Notes under the pieces: model-generated
What the model was told of the DNA's origin: nothing
Database searches by the model: none
The model's input: the letters and a program-made list of their open reading frames with translations, nothing else
Shown here: piece after piece, positions 28,882 through 39,178 of the stretch
Position numbering within the stretch: the stretch's first letter is position 1
Layout of the letters: every line of letters begins with the position of its first letter
Assembly (NCBI GenBank): GCA_944376825.1
Contig: CALWDY010000027.1
Span: forward strand, 29,583 to 93,582
Direction of reading: 5' to 3'
Source of the DNA: an uncultured Clostridia bacterium
GTDB lineage: Bacteria; Bacillota; Clostridia; Christensenellales; UBA1242
DNA: 64,000 nt
Translations under genes and position numbers: made by a program

Positions 28882-30141
28882 TTATAATCCCACAACAGCA
28901 ATATGCACAATATCAACCACAATTACAAATAACAATAAAACCAAAAGCCCATAAAAATGAATATAGTTTTCAACTTTTCTGCTTACAACAGGTTTGCCAA
29001 AAATCCATTCTAGCAGTGTAAATACAGCATGCGAACCATCTAGTGCCGGAATAGGAAGAAAGTTAAACACAGCAAGATTTGCGGAAAGTAATGGTAACAA
29101 AATTAAGAAATTCATAAAACCACTTTGAGTTATAGTTGAAATCATACCAATTGTTGATATTGGTCCTCCAAGTTGACTAAATGCAATTTGTCCTGTTATA
29201 ATTTGCCAAAATCCTTTAAGAACAACCCACGCAAACCCAATTGAAACTTCAAAACTTCTGCCAAGCGCTTCAAAAAATGAGTGTTTATATGGTTGCATAG
29301 AATAAAGATTTGAATATTCACTTATTCCTTCTTCTTGGTTGTACACTTTATATTGAACAACTATTTCTTTTTCTTGGTTGTTACTTTTTACAGTGATTGT
29401 AAAATCTGTGTTAGGTTCGATACTTGACAAATGCTGTGACAAAGTTCCCGTTAATATACTAACTCTTTGTCCGTTCACTTTTACAATAACATCATCTTCA
29501 TTTAATTGTGTGCTATAAATTAAAATAGTGTTGTTTTGCAAGCATTGCAAATCACCTGCCGAAAGTAATTTTGCCTGAGGGATATCATAACCGTATGAAA
29601 CAAGCAAAATAAACGAAAACACAATAGCACTTAAAAAGTTAAAAAACACACCAGCGCCATAAACAAGCAATCTTTTCCATGCTTTTTGATTATTAAATGC
29701 ATCCTTGTTGTAAGGTTTTTTTTCTTTAATTTTGTCTATATCATTTGTTGTTATTTCATTAATTTCACTTAAAATTTGTGTTGTTTCTTTTTTATCAACA
29801 TTTAAATTTTTTGTTTCACTTTTTTTATATTCTTTCTTTTTACCATTTTTATCAAGTTTTTCAGTTTTTATATCATCATCCTCGTCGTCGTCGCCTTCTC
29901 CTTCAAAAGCACAATATCCACCAAGTGGAAAAATACGAAGTGAAATCTTTTCACCTCTTTTGTTAATTTTTGTAAATATTGCTTTACCAAATCCTATTGA
30001 AAATTCGGTTATTTTAAAACCTAGCATTCTTCCAACAACATAATGCCCTACTTCATGAATTAGCACCATTAAAAGCAAAATGCAAATTGCCAAGAAAACA
30101 TATAAAACCGTACTAAATAACCCGGCACATAAAAAACTCAT
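28882..30141 (-). CDS. rseP: RIP zinc metalloprotease RseP/RasP (M50 with PDZ domain)
   Basis: HEVGHY in TM1, a PDZ-like segment, and a C-terminal NLLPIPALDG-type motif (NFLPIPALDG). It has an acidic/basic insertion after the first membrane domain. Confidence 0.9.
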   Translation of the reverse strand: MSFLCAGLFSTVLYVFLAICILLLMVLIHEVGHYVVGRMLGFKITEFSIGFGKAIFTKINKRGEKISLRIFPLGGYCAFEGEGDDDEDDDIKTEKLDKNGKKKEYKKSETKNLNVDKKETTQILSEINEITTNDIDKIKEKKPYNKDAFNNQKAWKRLLVYGAGVFFNFLSAIVFSFILLVSYGYDIPQAKLLSAGDLQCLQNNTILIYSTQLNEDDVIVKVNGQRVSILTGTLSQHLSSIEPNTDFTITVKSNNQEKEIVVQYKVYNQEEGISEYSNLYSMQPYKHSFFEALGRSFEVSIGFAWVVLKGFWQIITGQIAFSQLGGPISTIGMISTITQSGFMNFLILLPLLSANLAVFNFLPIPALDGSHAVFTLLEWIFGKPVVSRKVENYIHFYGLLVLLLFVIVVDIVHIAVVGL

Positions 30142-30150
30142 GATATCTCC

Positions 30151-31098
30151 TTATAATAATATAATTAAAAAAACAAATACAACAGGCGCACAGAATATAT
30201 GGCTGTCCACTCTATCTAAAATTCCGCCATGTCCTGGCAAAATATCACCCGCATCTTTAACATTTGCTTTTCTTTTTAAATAACTTTCAAACAAATCTCC
30301 AAGCATGCAAGTTATAGATGCTAAAAATCCTAAAATTATAAATTGCCAAAATGCAAAACCAACATTTGCAAACGCTTCATTATATTCAGGAATTGAGTTA
30401 AATATTAAAAATATTGCAACCGAACCAATTATTCCCCAAAAAACACCACCAATAGCACCAGATATAGTTTTATTTGGACTTATTTTAGGACAAAGTTTTG
30501 GTCCTTTAAAAAGTATTCCTGTTAAATAGGCAAAAGTATCTGTAAAAATTGGAATTGTGAAAGTTAAAATTAAAGCAAAAACTGAAATATAAGTTAAATA
30601 CATAACAGGAACATCAAATAAATATCCCATGTTTTGTATGTTATTTATTGCCACAAAAAACAAAATTAAAAGCGAAGGATAAAAATAAGCAAACATTGTA
30701 TGAATTGTTTTATACATTGAAAATCTTTCAACTCTAATTTTTAGATTTCTTGTTGCAATTTCATTTTTGGTTTTCTTTGAGAAAATAATTCCCAAAAATG
30801 CCAAAACGCCAAAATAAGCAACAATCAACAAAAGTTCAATTAAAATAATCATATACCATTTCATTGATATGTTTATACCAAGAATAAACAAACCATATGC
30901 AAAAAATGGATAACTTAACGCAAAATATTTATTATTGTACAAATTCATTTTTGCAAGCAAATTTGTCATTTCATAGGTTGCAATAAAACTAAGTAGCAAA
31001 ATAAATGCATCAAAAATGTATGTTGTTAATTGCCTTGCAAGCAAAACCAAAATTATTGTTGCAACAATAATTGCTCCGGTAATTGTTCTTTGTTTCAT
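30151..31098 (-). CDS. cdsA: Phosphatidate cytidylyltransferase
   Basis: Polytopic membrane protein with the C-terminal CDS signature S..KR...VKD.G.ILPGHGGILDR.DS. Confidence 0.9.
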   Translation of the reverse strand: MKQRTITGAIIVATIILVLLARQLTTYIFDAFILLLSFIATYEMTNLLAKMNLYNNKYFALSYPFFAYGLFILGINISMKWYMIILIELLLIVAYFGVLAFLGIIFSKKTKNEIATRNLKIRVERFSMYKTIHTMFAYFYPSLLILFFVAINNIQNMGYLFDVPVMYLTYISVFALILTFTIPIFTDTFAYLTGILFKGPKLCPKISPNKTISGAIGGVFWGIIGSVAIFLIFNSIPEYNEAFANVGFAFWQFIILGFLASITCMLGDLFESYLKRKANVKDAGDILPGHGGILDRVDSHIFCAPVVFVFLIILL

Positions 31099-31811
31099 TT
31101 GTTTTTCTCCTGTTTAATTTTGCCAAATCTTCTATCTCGTGATTGGTAGTTTTTAATTGCTTTTACAAGATGTTTTTTAGTAAAATCTGGCCAATATGTT
31201 TTTGTAAAATACAATTCAGCATATGCTGACTGAAACAACATAAAGTTACTTAAACGCTGTTCTCCACTAGTCCTAATTATTAAATCAGGATCTTTCATTG
31301 ATGCTGTATACAATTCACTTGCAAAATCTTGCAAAGTAATGTTCTTTTTGCCTTTTTCAATAAGTTTGTTACATGCTCTAACAACCTCTGCTCGAGATCC
31401 ATAATTTAAAGCAATATTCACCACAAATTCAGTGTTGTGTTTTGTTTTTTCAGTGATATCAATTAATAATCTATAAAGTTTTTGAGGCAGTTTTGAAATA
31501 TCTCCCATTGTGGTAATTGTGACTTTTTCTTCTATAAACTTTTCAAAGTTTTCTTCAAGATGCTTTTCAATCAAATCAAAAATACCATCTACCTCTTCTT
31601 TATCTCTTTGCCAATTTTCTGTTGAAAAAGCAAAAAATGATAATTCCTTTATACCCAATTCTCTTGCAGCACTGGTAACTCTTTTTAATGCTTCCACGCC
31701 AGCCTTGTGTCCGGCAAGTCTTGGAAGAAGTCTTTTTTGAGCCCATCTTCCATTTCCATCCATAATAAATCCCACATGATACGGAATTTTGTTTTTATTT
31801 ATTTTAAACAT
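31095..31811 (-). CDS. uppS: Undecaprenyl-diphosphate synthase (cis-prenyltransferase)
   Basis: HVGFIMDGNGRWA, FAFSTENW.R and RTSGE.RLSNF.L.Q..YAEL. Confidence 0.95.
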   Translation of the reverse strand: MFKINKNKIPYHVGFIMDGNGRWAQKRLLPRLAGHKAGVEALKRVTSAARELGIKELSFFAFSTENWQRDKEEVDGIFDLIEKHLEENFEKFIEEKVTITTMGDISKLPQKLYRLLIDITEKTKHNTEFVVNIALNYGSRAEVVRACNKLIEKGKKNITLQDFASELYTASMKDPDLIIRTSGEQRLSNFMLFQSAYAELYFTKTYWPDFTKKHLVKAIKNYQSRDRRFGKIKQEKNK

Positions 31812-31815
31812 TGCA

Positions 31816-32007
31816 TTAGTCCTTTAAATTAAATATAAAACTGCCAATGGTAAGCACCATTGTTTTATCCTCAAGTTGTGTAACATTGGTAACAAGATAA
31901 ATATCCCCATCAACATTATGATTATTGTTCACAACTATATAAGCGATACCTTTTTTATTTAATTCTTCTTTTGCATCTTCAATGTTTAAACCTATTAAAT
32001 GGTTCAT
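31816..32007 (-). CDS. Small PASTA-like single-domain protein, hypothetical
   Basis: 63 aa. The start overlaps the frr stop as TAATG. The pattern LIGLNIEDAKEELNKKGIAYIVV...GDIYLVTNV...MVLTIG resembles a PASTA-type fold. Confidence 0.45.
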   Translation of the reverse strand: MNHLIGLNIEDAKEELNKKGIAYIVVNNNHNVDGDIYLVTNVTQLEDKTMVLTIGSFIFNLKD

Positions 32008-32579
32008 TAAATTTCCATAACCTCTTTTTCTTTGTCTAAACTTTCTTTGTCACATAGAGATATATATTTATCTTGTAATTTTTGAACCTCTGTTTCTAGT
32101 GTTGCGAATTCATCTTCGCTTAGTTCATTGTCTTTTTTCATTTGTTTGTACATGTCCAAACAATCTCTTCTTGCATTGCGCATAACAACTTTTGTTTCTT
32201 CACACAATTTTTTAACTTGTTTTACAATTTCTTTTCTTCTCTCTTCTGTAAGTGCAGGAAAAACAAGCCTTATAACCCTGCCATCATCGCTAGGTGTAAC
32301 TCCTATGTCAGATGCCATAATTGCTTTTGAAATTTCCTTTACTTGACTTTGATCCCAAACACTTATTAAAATCATTCTCGCTTCGGGTACAGAAATGTTT
32401 GCCATTTGATTTATTGGGGTTGACACTCCATAATATTCTACGAAAACTTTGTCTAAAATATGTGGATTTGCTCTTCCAGCACGAATAACTTGATATTCGC
32501 CTATTAGATGATCTAGTGCCTTTTTTAAATCTTGCTCATAACCATCTTTAACTTCCTTCACCATTTCGCTATCTTGCAT
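32007..32579 (-). CDS. frr: Ribosome recycling factor
   Basis: IRAGRANPHILD.V.VEYYG..TPINQMANISVPE.RM, LTEERRKE and further conserved blocks. Confidence 0.95.
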   Translation of the reverse strand: MQDSEMVKEVKDGYEQDLKKALDHLIGEYQVIRAGRANPHILDKVFVEYYGVSTPINQMANISVPEARMILISVWDQSQVKEISKAIMASDIGVTPSDDGRVIRLVFPALTEERRKEIVKQVKKLCEETKVVMRNARRDCLDMYKQMKKDNELSEDEFATLETEVQKLQDKYISLCDKESLDKEKEVMEI

Positions 32580-32663
32580 AATTTCTCCTTAAAATATAAT
32601 ATATATATGTTACTATATATCAAGATTTATTGCAAATGTTTTAAATTAAATTAGTTTTATACA

Positions 32664-32692
32664 AATAAAAATATCCACTTATTAGTGGATAC
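32664..32692 (-). terminator. Rho-independent terminator after tsf
   Basis: The minus strand reads GTATCCACT-AATA-AGTGGATAT followed by TTTTTATTT. Confidence 0.6.
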
Positions 32693-32697
32693 TTTTA

Positions 32698-33345
32698 TTA
32701 TATTTTAGACATTTTTGCAACTTCTTCTGCTAAATTGTCAACTCTTTTTGTAAGACCTTCACCCATTTCATAACGAACAAATCTTCTTACATTTATTTTT
32801 TCACCAATTGAAAGAACTGCCTCATTGATGATTTCTTTTACTGTTTTTGAAGAATCTTTAACAAAATCTTGTTCTAACAAACAAATTTCTTTATAAAATT
32901 TGTGAATTCTACCTTCAACCATTTTTTCAACTACATTTGCTGGTTTTCCTTCGTTTAATGATTGAGCAGTTAAAACTTCTTTTTCTTTATCAACTTCTTC
33001 ACTTGGAACTTCATCAATTGTAACATATTTTGGGTTTGCAGCAGCAATTTGCATTGCAATATCTTTCAACAAGTTTTGGAATTGTGCACTTCTTGCAACG
33101 AAATCGGTTTCACAATTGATTTCAACAAGAACTCCAATTTTTCCACCCATATGAATATAAGAACCAACAGCACCTTCGGCTGCAATTCTATCGGCTTTTT
33201 TAGCAGCAGCAGCAATCCCTTTTTCTCTAAGCCAAATAACTGCCTTATCAAAATCACCATCGCTTTCTGTTAACGCTTTTTTACAATCCATCATACCAGC
33301 ACCTGTGCTAGCACGAAGTTTTACAACATCTTGTGCAGTAAACAT
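32698..33345 (-). CDS. tsf: Translation elongation factor Ts (short form)
   Basis: [31 protein letters not shown] and [11 protein letters not shown]. Confidence 0.95.
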   Translation of the reverse strand: MFTAQDVVKLRASTGAGMMDCKKALTESDGDFDKAVIWLREKGIAAAAKKADRIAAEGAVGSYIHMGGKIGVLVEINCETDFVARSAQFQNLLKDIAMQIAAANPKYVTIDEVPSEEVDKEKEVLTAQSLNEGKPANVVEKMVEGRIHKFYKEICLLEQDFVKDSSKTVKEIINEAVLSIGEKINVRRFVRYEMGEGLTKRVDNLAEEVAKMSKI

Positions 33346-33349
33346 ATTA

Positions 33350-34303
33350 TTATTCTCCTTTTGGTTCTTCTTTTTCAGTTGATTTTACTTGTTTTTTTGA
33401 CCTTGTTTTTTTGGCAGGTTTTTCTTCTTCTGTTGCTTCCTCAGCGCTTACTTCTGTTGTTGTTTCCTTGCTTTCTTCAACCTTAACTGCTTTTTTTGCT
33501 CTTGTTTTTTTAACATGTTTAACTTCATCTTCTTCTTTTGTTTCTGTTGGTTTAACATCTGCTAGCACTGCGTTCATATCAACAATTTCTTCATCTTCAT
33601 CTGTGTTTTTATTTAAAGAAACACCTTCTCTTGCTTCAATAACTGCATCAGCAATTGCACTTGCAATTAGTTTAACTGAACGAATTGCATCATCGTTTCC
33701 TGGAATAACATAATCAATTCCTGTTGGATCACAGTTTGTATCAATAAGTCCAACTAGTGGAATATTTAATGCTTTTGCTTCTTTAACACAAATGTGTTCT
33801 TTTGAAGAGTCAACTACAAATATAACCCCTGGCATTTCTCTCATATCTTTAATTCCACCAAGGTTTGCTTCTAATTTTTCTCTTTCATGTTTTAAAAGAG
33901 CAACTTCTTTTTTTGGTAACAAGTTGAATTCTCCAACTTTTTCCATTTGATTAAGTTTGTTTAATCTTTCAATTCTTAATCTTATTGTTTTAAAGTTTGT
34001 TAAGCAACCACCAAGCCAACGATTGTTAACATAAAACATTCCACAACGTTCTGCTTCTTCTTTTACAGCTTCTTGTGCTTGTTTTTTTGTTCCTACAAAA
34101 AGAACTGATTTTCCTGATGCTACTACATCTCTAACAAAAGCATATGCTTTGTCAACTAGCACCGATGTTTCTTCTAGGTTGATGATATGAATATCATTTC
34201 TTGCAGTAAAAATATATTTTGCCATTTTTGGATTCCATTTTCTTGTTTGGTGACCAAAATGTACGCCTGCTTCTAGAAGTTGTTTCATTGAAATAACTGA
34301 CAT
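33350..34303 (-). CDS. rpsB: 30S ribosomal protein S2 with a charged C-terminal extension of about 85 aa
   Basis: [33 protein letters not shown]. The tail after about residue 230 is E/K/T rich. Confidence 0.95.
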   Translation of the reverse strand: MSVISMKQLLEAGVHFGHQTRKWNPKMAKYIFTARNDIHIINLEETSVLVDKAYAFVRDVVASGKSVLFVGTKKQAQEAVKEEAERCGMFYVNNRWLGGCLTNFKTIRLRIERLNKLNQMEKVGEFNLLPKKEVALLKHEREKLEANLGGIKDMREMPGVIFVVDSSKEHICVKEAKALNIPLVGLIDTNCDPTGIDYVIPGNDDAIRSVKLIASAIADAVIEAREGVSLNKNTDEDEEIVDMNAVLADVKPTETKEEDEVKHVKKTRAKKAVKVEESKETTTEVSAEEATEEEKPAKKTRSKKQVKSTEKEEPKGE

Positions 34304-34468
34304 AAATTTTTATCCTCCTTGTTTTTAGTCTTCCCCAGCATTTTAAATCTCCCTTCACAACCTGCAAACTGCATAGGCAACCGTGTTGGAATCTACACTA
34401 GGTGTTAATTTGTCAATGACGACTTTATACAAATATCATATATACAAAAATAAATCAAGTGTTTTATA

Positions 34469-34496
34469 TAAAAAAGCCAAAACTTTAGTTTTGACT
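34469..34496 (-). terminator. Rho-independent terminator after the surface-protein operon
   Basis: The minus strand reads AGTCAAAAC-TAAA-GTTTTGGCT followed by a T6 run. Confidence 0.65.
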
Positions 34497-34504
34497 TTAT
34501 AATT

Positions 34505-37500
34505 TTATTGCTCTTCATCTATGTTTATATCAACATTTTTATTTTCATCTTCAATGTCTTTTTTCTCGCCTTTGATGTTTTTTTTATGGCGATTGAGTTT
34601 ATCACTTTCTTCCTTTGTTTTCTTTATAGTATTTACAGCAAAAATGTACATTTTAATAGAAACCCAAGCAATTATAGACACAAGAATAGCCCCCACTCCA
34701 ACTGTTACATATAAAAGCCAAGGTGGATTTGTTTGATTTTGTGCCAATGCAAATTTTAAACTTAAATCACTAATTTCAAAAACAATCATATTATCTACAA
34801 TTTGATAACCAACTTCTTTAATTTCGTTTTTATCATTGTATAAATAAATATTTAAATTTTCATTACTGTTTACATTTAATCTAACAACAACTTTTGTGTT
34901 TTTTGGGACATTACCTTCCACAGTAAACGAATATGAAACCAAAACTTTTTTTGAAGTTAACATATTGTTTATCTTTGATAATGTTTTACTTGATGTATCT
35001 TCGCACAACTCAACTTGCACATCGTTTAAAACCAAGTCTCCATATTTATCAAAAACTTCATTCCCATTTTGATTTATAAATGTTGGTGCCTTTATTATTT
35101 TTAAAACACCCGTAATAGAGCCTTTGTAGTTTTGTTCGTTTACAATAATTTCAAAATCGTAATCACCTATTTCTATCGCATTTAACACATTCATTTTTAC
35201 AACAGCCAAGCAATCTTTACTTAAACTAAATTTAGGCAATTTACTTTGGCCATCATAAACAAAAGTATCTTCTTCAACTGTTATAAAAACAGATTGTTTT
35301 TCTATTGTTAAAGTTGCCTCGTTTGAAATAGAACTATTATAATTTTCATTACCGTCAAAATATGCAACAACTTTGTAAATTCCTGCATTTATAGGGGTTT
35401 CCACTGATATGCCATTTTGAGTATAAACATAATTTAACTTTAAATTTTCTATTTCGTCAACGCTGTGAACTTTTCCATCATAAACAACATTTTTATCATT
35501 TAATGTTATATTTACATTTGCCTTTTGTATTTCAAAAAAACATTCGTTATAATTTGTTATTATATAATTTTGCAGTTCACAATTTTGCACCAATAATTTA
35601 TAACTGCCTACATTCTCTCCTTCTTCTCTATACACTAATAAGTCAAAAGGAATTTCATCACAACTTACATTGAATTGAATTTCTGGGTCATTTTGTCCAT
35701 ATAGTTTATTTTGATTTGGCAAAAATTCAAGTGTTATTTGTTTTTTGGTAATTACAAAATCATTTCCATGAAAAATTATGCTATAATTTTGCAAATTGTT
35801 CTCATCAAGTAAAATGTTATATACACCAACATTTTCGCCTTGTTGTCTAGTTAAATTTATTATAACAGAATCGTTATATTTTAATCCTTCTAAAACATAA
35901 GTAAGCGCGCAATCATCATCACCATATTGTTTTTCTTTTCTGTCAGCAAAAACATTTAAATCGGCTTTTTCAATGATGTATTTTGCCTCAACAAATTCAA
36001 TGTCATAGTTAGGATTATTTAAAGAGCCAATTGTGATATCATAAACACCAACATTTGTGCCATTTACTCTTGACAAAGTGCCAACAAAACTATCACCTTC
36101 CAAAATGTTAGAAGAATATGTTAATTGTTTATCTTCGTCTCCGTAAACCGAAGTTACATTATCTGCAACAACATTTACTTTGCGTTTTAATATTTCTAAC
36201 ACTCCTTGCATGTAAACAATTTCATAATTAGTATTTGATGATTTTATATCAATTAAATACGAACCAACATTTTCTCCATTTTCTCTTACATACTCATAAA
36301 TTAGTTGGTCATCATTTACAATGTCACCATAAATAACATCAAAAGTAAACATTGGGTCATTATCTCTATAAACCTTAGATAATGAATTTATTTTTATAAC
36401 AATCTTTCTTTTGTTGATTTTATAAGAAAAAGTTACCAAGTCAATTTTATAATTATCATTATTAACACTAACATCGTTTATTGCATAAGTTCCAACATCT
36501 TCCCCTTGTTGTCTTTGAATAGAAAACTCTAAAATATCACCATCTACAACATCTTCAATATTGTAAGTATATTTTATTGGCTGATCTTCTTCTCCATAAG
36601 TTTTTTGGTTATCGTTAGAAATGTAAACATGAATTGTTTTTTGTTCAATTGTAAGATTTCCATTTACATAGCTAATTACATAATTTTTATACTCTTTTGG
36701 TGTTATACAAATTTCATATTGTCCAACATTATTACTAGCGTTTTTAATATAAGCATTAAACACCAAATTATCTTCCTCTATTGCATTAGTTACAACACAA
36801 GAAATGTCATTTATAATTTCGCCATATGTAATTGTTTTGTTGACTGCTGTAACGGTTATTTCTCTTGGTAAAATTGTGTATGAGAACTGGCTTTTAGCAA
36901 AATAATTTTCTTCATTAATAGTTACAACAATTTCATATGTTCCTGCATTTATTGGACTAACTTGCTCATTATTTTTGTAAACTGCAAAAGTATAAGGTAG
37001 TTTGTTTTCTACTGTTATGACAGGGAATTTTTCTTGCTTATCATAAACAAAACTTTCACCATTAAAATCAATGCTTACACTTGCCCTTTTTATTTCAAAT
37101 TGCCCTGCTGTTTCACCGAAATAATTTTCATCTTGAATGCTAACAGTGTATTCATAAACACCAGCATTTATTGGATTTGCTACAAGCCCATTTTGAAAAT
37201 ATTGAATGGACATATGTTTATTTAATGAGTTGTTCGCAACAATATTTTTTTCTGTTCCATCGTATGCAAAATCAATGTCGTTAACAACTATTTCTAATTG
37301 TTTTTTGACAATTGTAAAACCTAAAACTCCGCTTCCTTCAAATTCGGTTGAACTTACACTATATTTTACAATATATTCTCCCACGCTAAATGGCGTAATT
37401 TCATTTTCCAAATCTTGTTTTTTATAGTAATTAAAAGAAATTAAACTATCATCAACATTAGATGTAAAATCTAAAAGAAAACCACTTTCATCAAAAATAT

Positions 37501-39178
37501 ATTCAGTTTTGTTTAGCTCCACAATTGCAATTTGTTTTTGAGAAATTGAAGCAAACAATTCTCCACTACCAACATAATTTTCTGTATCAATGCTGTATAC
37601 AATTTTATATTCCCCTGGATTTATAAAATCTACCATTAAATCATTTTGATAATAAACAAGTTTTAAATCTGTTAAATCATCAATATTGGCTGATAAATTT
37701 AATTCAACTTTATTTCCAGTATATGAGTACACATTTGTTAAAAGGCTAACATTAACTATTTTTCTAAATTGCACATAAACATTGTAATTTTCTTTTATAG
37801 TTAAATTGAAACTATTTCCAACAACATCAACTATTTCTTCATTTACTTTTACATAATAAAACTCGTAACCATCTTGTGCATTAAATGTTACTAATTGCTC
37901 TTGACCATATCGTAAATTATTATTTGAGCCAAAAACTTCTCCACCAGCAGAACATGAGACATTAACATTATAAAAATTATCATCAACATAAAAAGTAAAC
38001 TCTTGAATTTCATTGCTATTTAATGCTTCATCAAAAGAAGTAACTTTTAATGTATACATGCCATTTTCTGCCACCTCAATTGTATTTGTGCCATTAAAAA
38101 GTCTTTCACTGCTTTGTGTTGGCGTAGTACCATCTATTGTATATACAAAATATTCAGTTGCACAATTTGTTGTATTTTCATTAAAAGAAGCTTCAAAAGT
38201 AACTGTTTTTGTGTAATAAATTTCTTTCAATGAACTAACAAAAATTATTTCAGGCTTTTGAGTGTCAATTTTTTCTTCAACATAGTTAGAAGTATATGCA
38301 TTTCCTACATTGTCTACTGCCAAAATTTCATAATTGCCGTTTTGTGATATCTCATATGTATAAGTTGCTGTTTTTGTATCTTCACTAATTTCAAAATTTA
38401 ACAATTTGGCATTTCCAAAAGAAAATGTATTTATGCCTGACTCTGTATCTTGCACATTAATTGTTACAATTCTTTTTTGTTCATAATTTTGCGAATTTAA
38501 ATTTAAACTTACAGTTGGCGATGTCGTGTCTGTTGTGTTAAAAGTTAAAGTTGGCTCTTTAACTCTCATAATTTCATAAACTTCTTTTTTATATAACTCT
38601 TCAAATTTTAGTTGTAAATATGTTGCATTTTGTGGTTCAATTTCCAAAACATCAGGGCTATCTTTATAATCGTAAGATGTATAATCAACATAATTGGATG
38701 ATAAAACTTGATTATTTGAATCAAATGAACTAAAACTCATTCTAAGTTCGTCTTTGCCATCATCAACAAACCAAATTTTGCCACCATATTCGGATGCAAA
38801 ATAAGCACTTGCACTAACAGTTAGATATCCATTTCTGCTTGCCATTTGTAAATTATTTGCCAAATTTATTGTTGAAATAAATTTGGCTGTGGTTGATGCA
38901 AATTGAGTGTTGCTTTTGTGGTAGTGATAAAGTTCATTTTCTCTTTGTTGCCACATGTTTTTATCAGCAATATATTCAAAATAATCACAAATACTACTTA
39001 CCCCATTATTATTTGGATATAAATAATAGGTTCCTATTTTATCTATTGTTAAAATTTGCGATTGACCAACATTGGTTTCCGCAAAAACTTCACTGTTGCC
39101 TTTATTAAAAGAAAAAGCAATAGAAAAAACACAACAAATGATAAGTAATGAAATTGTTGATTTATATAATTTATTCAT
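34505..39178 (-). CDS. Giant surface protein: signal peptide, Ig-like and MBG (YG-x-x-DP..LTY) repeats, C-terminal TM anchor plus charged tail
   Basis: 1557 aa. At least 6 repeats are of the form YG(D/E).D..(L/I).Y....(G/D)..(Q/R).GE.VG.Y.I......NY.I, and there are further N(A/P)G.Y repeats. The C-terminal helix is WLLYVTVGVGAILVSIIAWVSI. No LPXTG motif is present. Confidence 0.75.
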   Translation of the reverse strand: MNKLYKSTISLLIICCVFSIAFSFNKGNSEVFAETNVGQSQILTIDKIGTYYLYPNNNGVSSICDYFEYIADKNMWQQRENELYHYHKSNTQFASTTAKFISTINLANNLQMASRNGYLTVSASAYFASEYGGKIWFVDDGKDELRMSFSSFDSNNQVLSSNYVDYTSYDYKDSPDVLEIEPQNATYLQLKFEELYKKEVYEIMRVKEPTLTFNTTDTTSPTVSLNLNSQNYEQKRIVTINVQDTESGINTFSFGNAKLLNFEISEDTKTATYTYEISQNGNYEILAVDNVGNAYTSNYVEEKIDTQKPEIIFVSSLKEIYYTKTVTFEASFNENTTNCATEYFVYTIDGTTPTQSSERLFNGTNTIEVAENGMYTLKVTSFDEALNSNEIQEFTFYVDDNFYNVNVSCSAGGEVFGSNNNLRYGQEQLVTFNAQDGYEFYYVKVNEEIVDVVGNSFNLTIKENYNVYVQFRKIVNVSLLTNVYSYTGNKVELNLSANIDDLTDLKLVYYQNDLMVDFINPGEYKIVYSIDTENYVGSGELFASISQKQIAIVELNKTEYIFDESGFLLDFTSNVDDSLISFNYYKKQDLENEITPFSVGEYIVKYSVSSTEFEGSGVLGFTIVKKQLEIVVNDIDFAYDGTEKNIVANNSLNKHMSIQYFQNGLVANPINAGVYEYTVSIQDENYFGETAGQFEIKRASVSIDFNGESFVYDKQEKFPVITVENKLPYTFAVYKNNEQVSPINAGTYEIVVTINEENYFAKSQFSYTILPREITVTAVNKTITYGEIINDISCVVTNAIEEDNLVFNAYIKNASNNVGQYEICITPKEYKNYVISYVNGNLTIEQKTIHVYISNDNQKTYGEEDQPIKYTYNIEDVVDGDILEFSIQRQQGEDVGTYAINDVSVNNDNYKIDLVTFSYKINKRKIVIKINSLSKVYRDNDPMFTFDVIYGDIVNDDQLIYEYVRENGENVGSYLIDIKSSNTNYEIVYMQGVLEILKRKVNVVADNVTSVYGDEDKQLTYSSNILEGDSFVGTLSRVNGTNVGVYDITIGSLNNPNYDIEFVEAKYIIEKADLNVFADRKEKQYGDDDCALTYVLEGLKYNDSVIINLTRQQGENVGVYNILLDENNLQNYSIIFHGNDFVITKKQITLEFLPNQNKLYGQNDPEIQFNVSCDEIPFDLLVYREEGENVGSYKLLVQNCELQNYIITNYNECFFEIQKANVNITLNDKNVVYDGKVHSVDEIENLKLNYVYTQNGISVETPINAGIYKVVAYFDGNENYNSSISNEATLTIEKQSVFITVEEDTFVYDGQSKLPKFSLSKDCLAVVKMNVLNAIEIGDYDFEIIVNEQNYKGSITGVLKIIKAPTFINQNGNEVFDKYGDLVLNDVQVELCEDTSSKTLSKINNMLTSKKVLVSYSFTVEGNVPKNTKVVVRLNVNSNENLNIYLYNDKNEIKEVGYQIVDNMIVFEISDLSLKFALAQNQTNPPWLLYVTVGVGAILVSIIAWVSIKMYIFAVNTIKKTKEESDKLNRHKKNIKGEKKDIEDENKNVDINIDEEQ

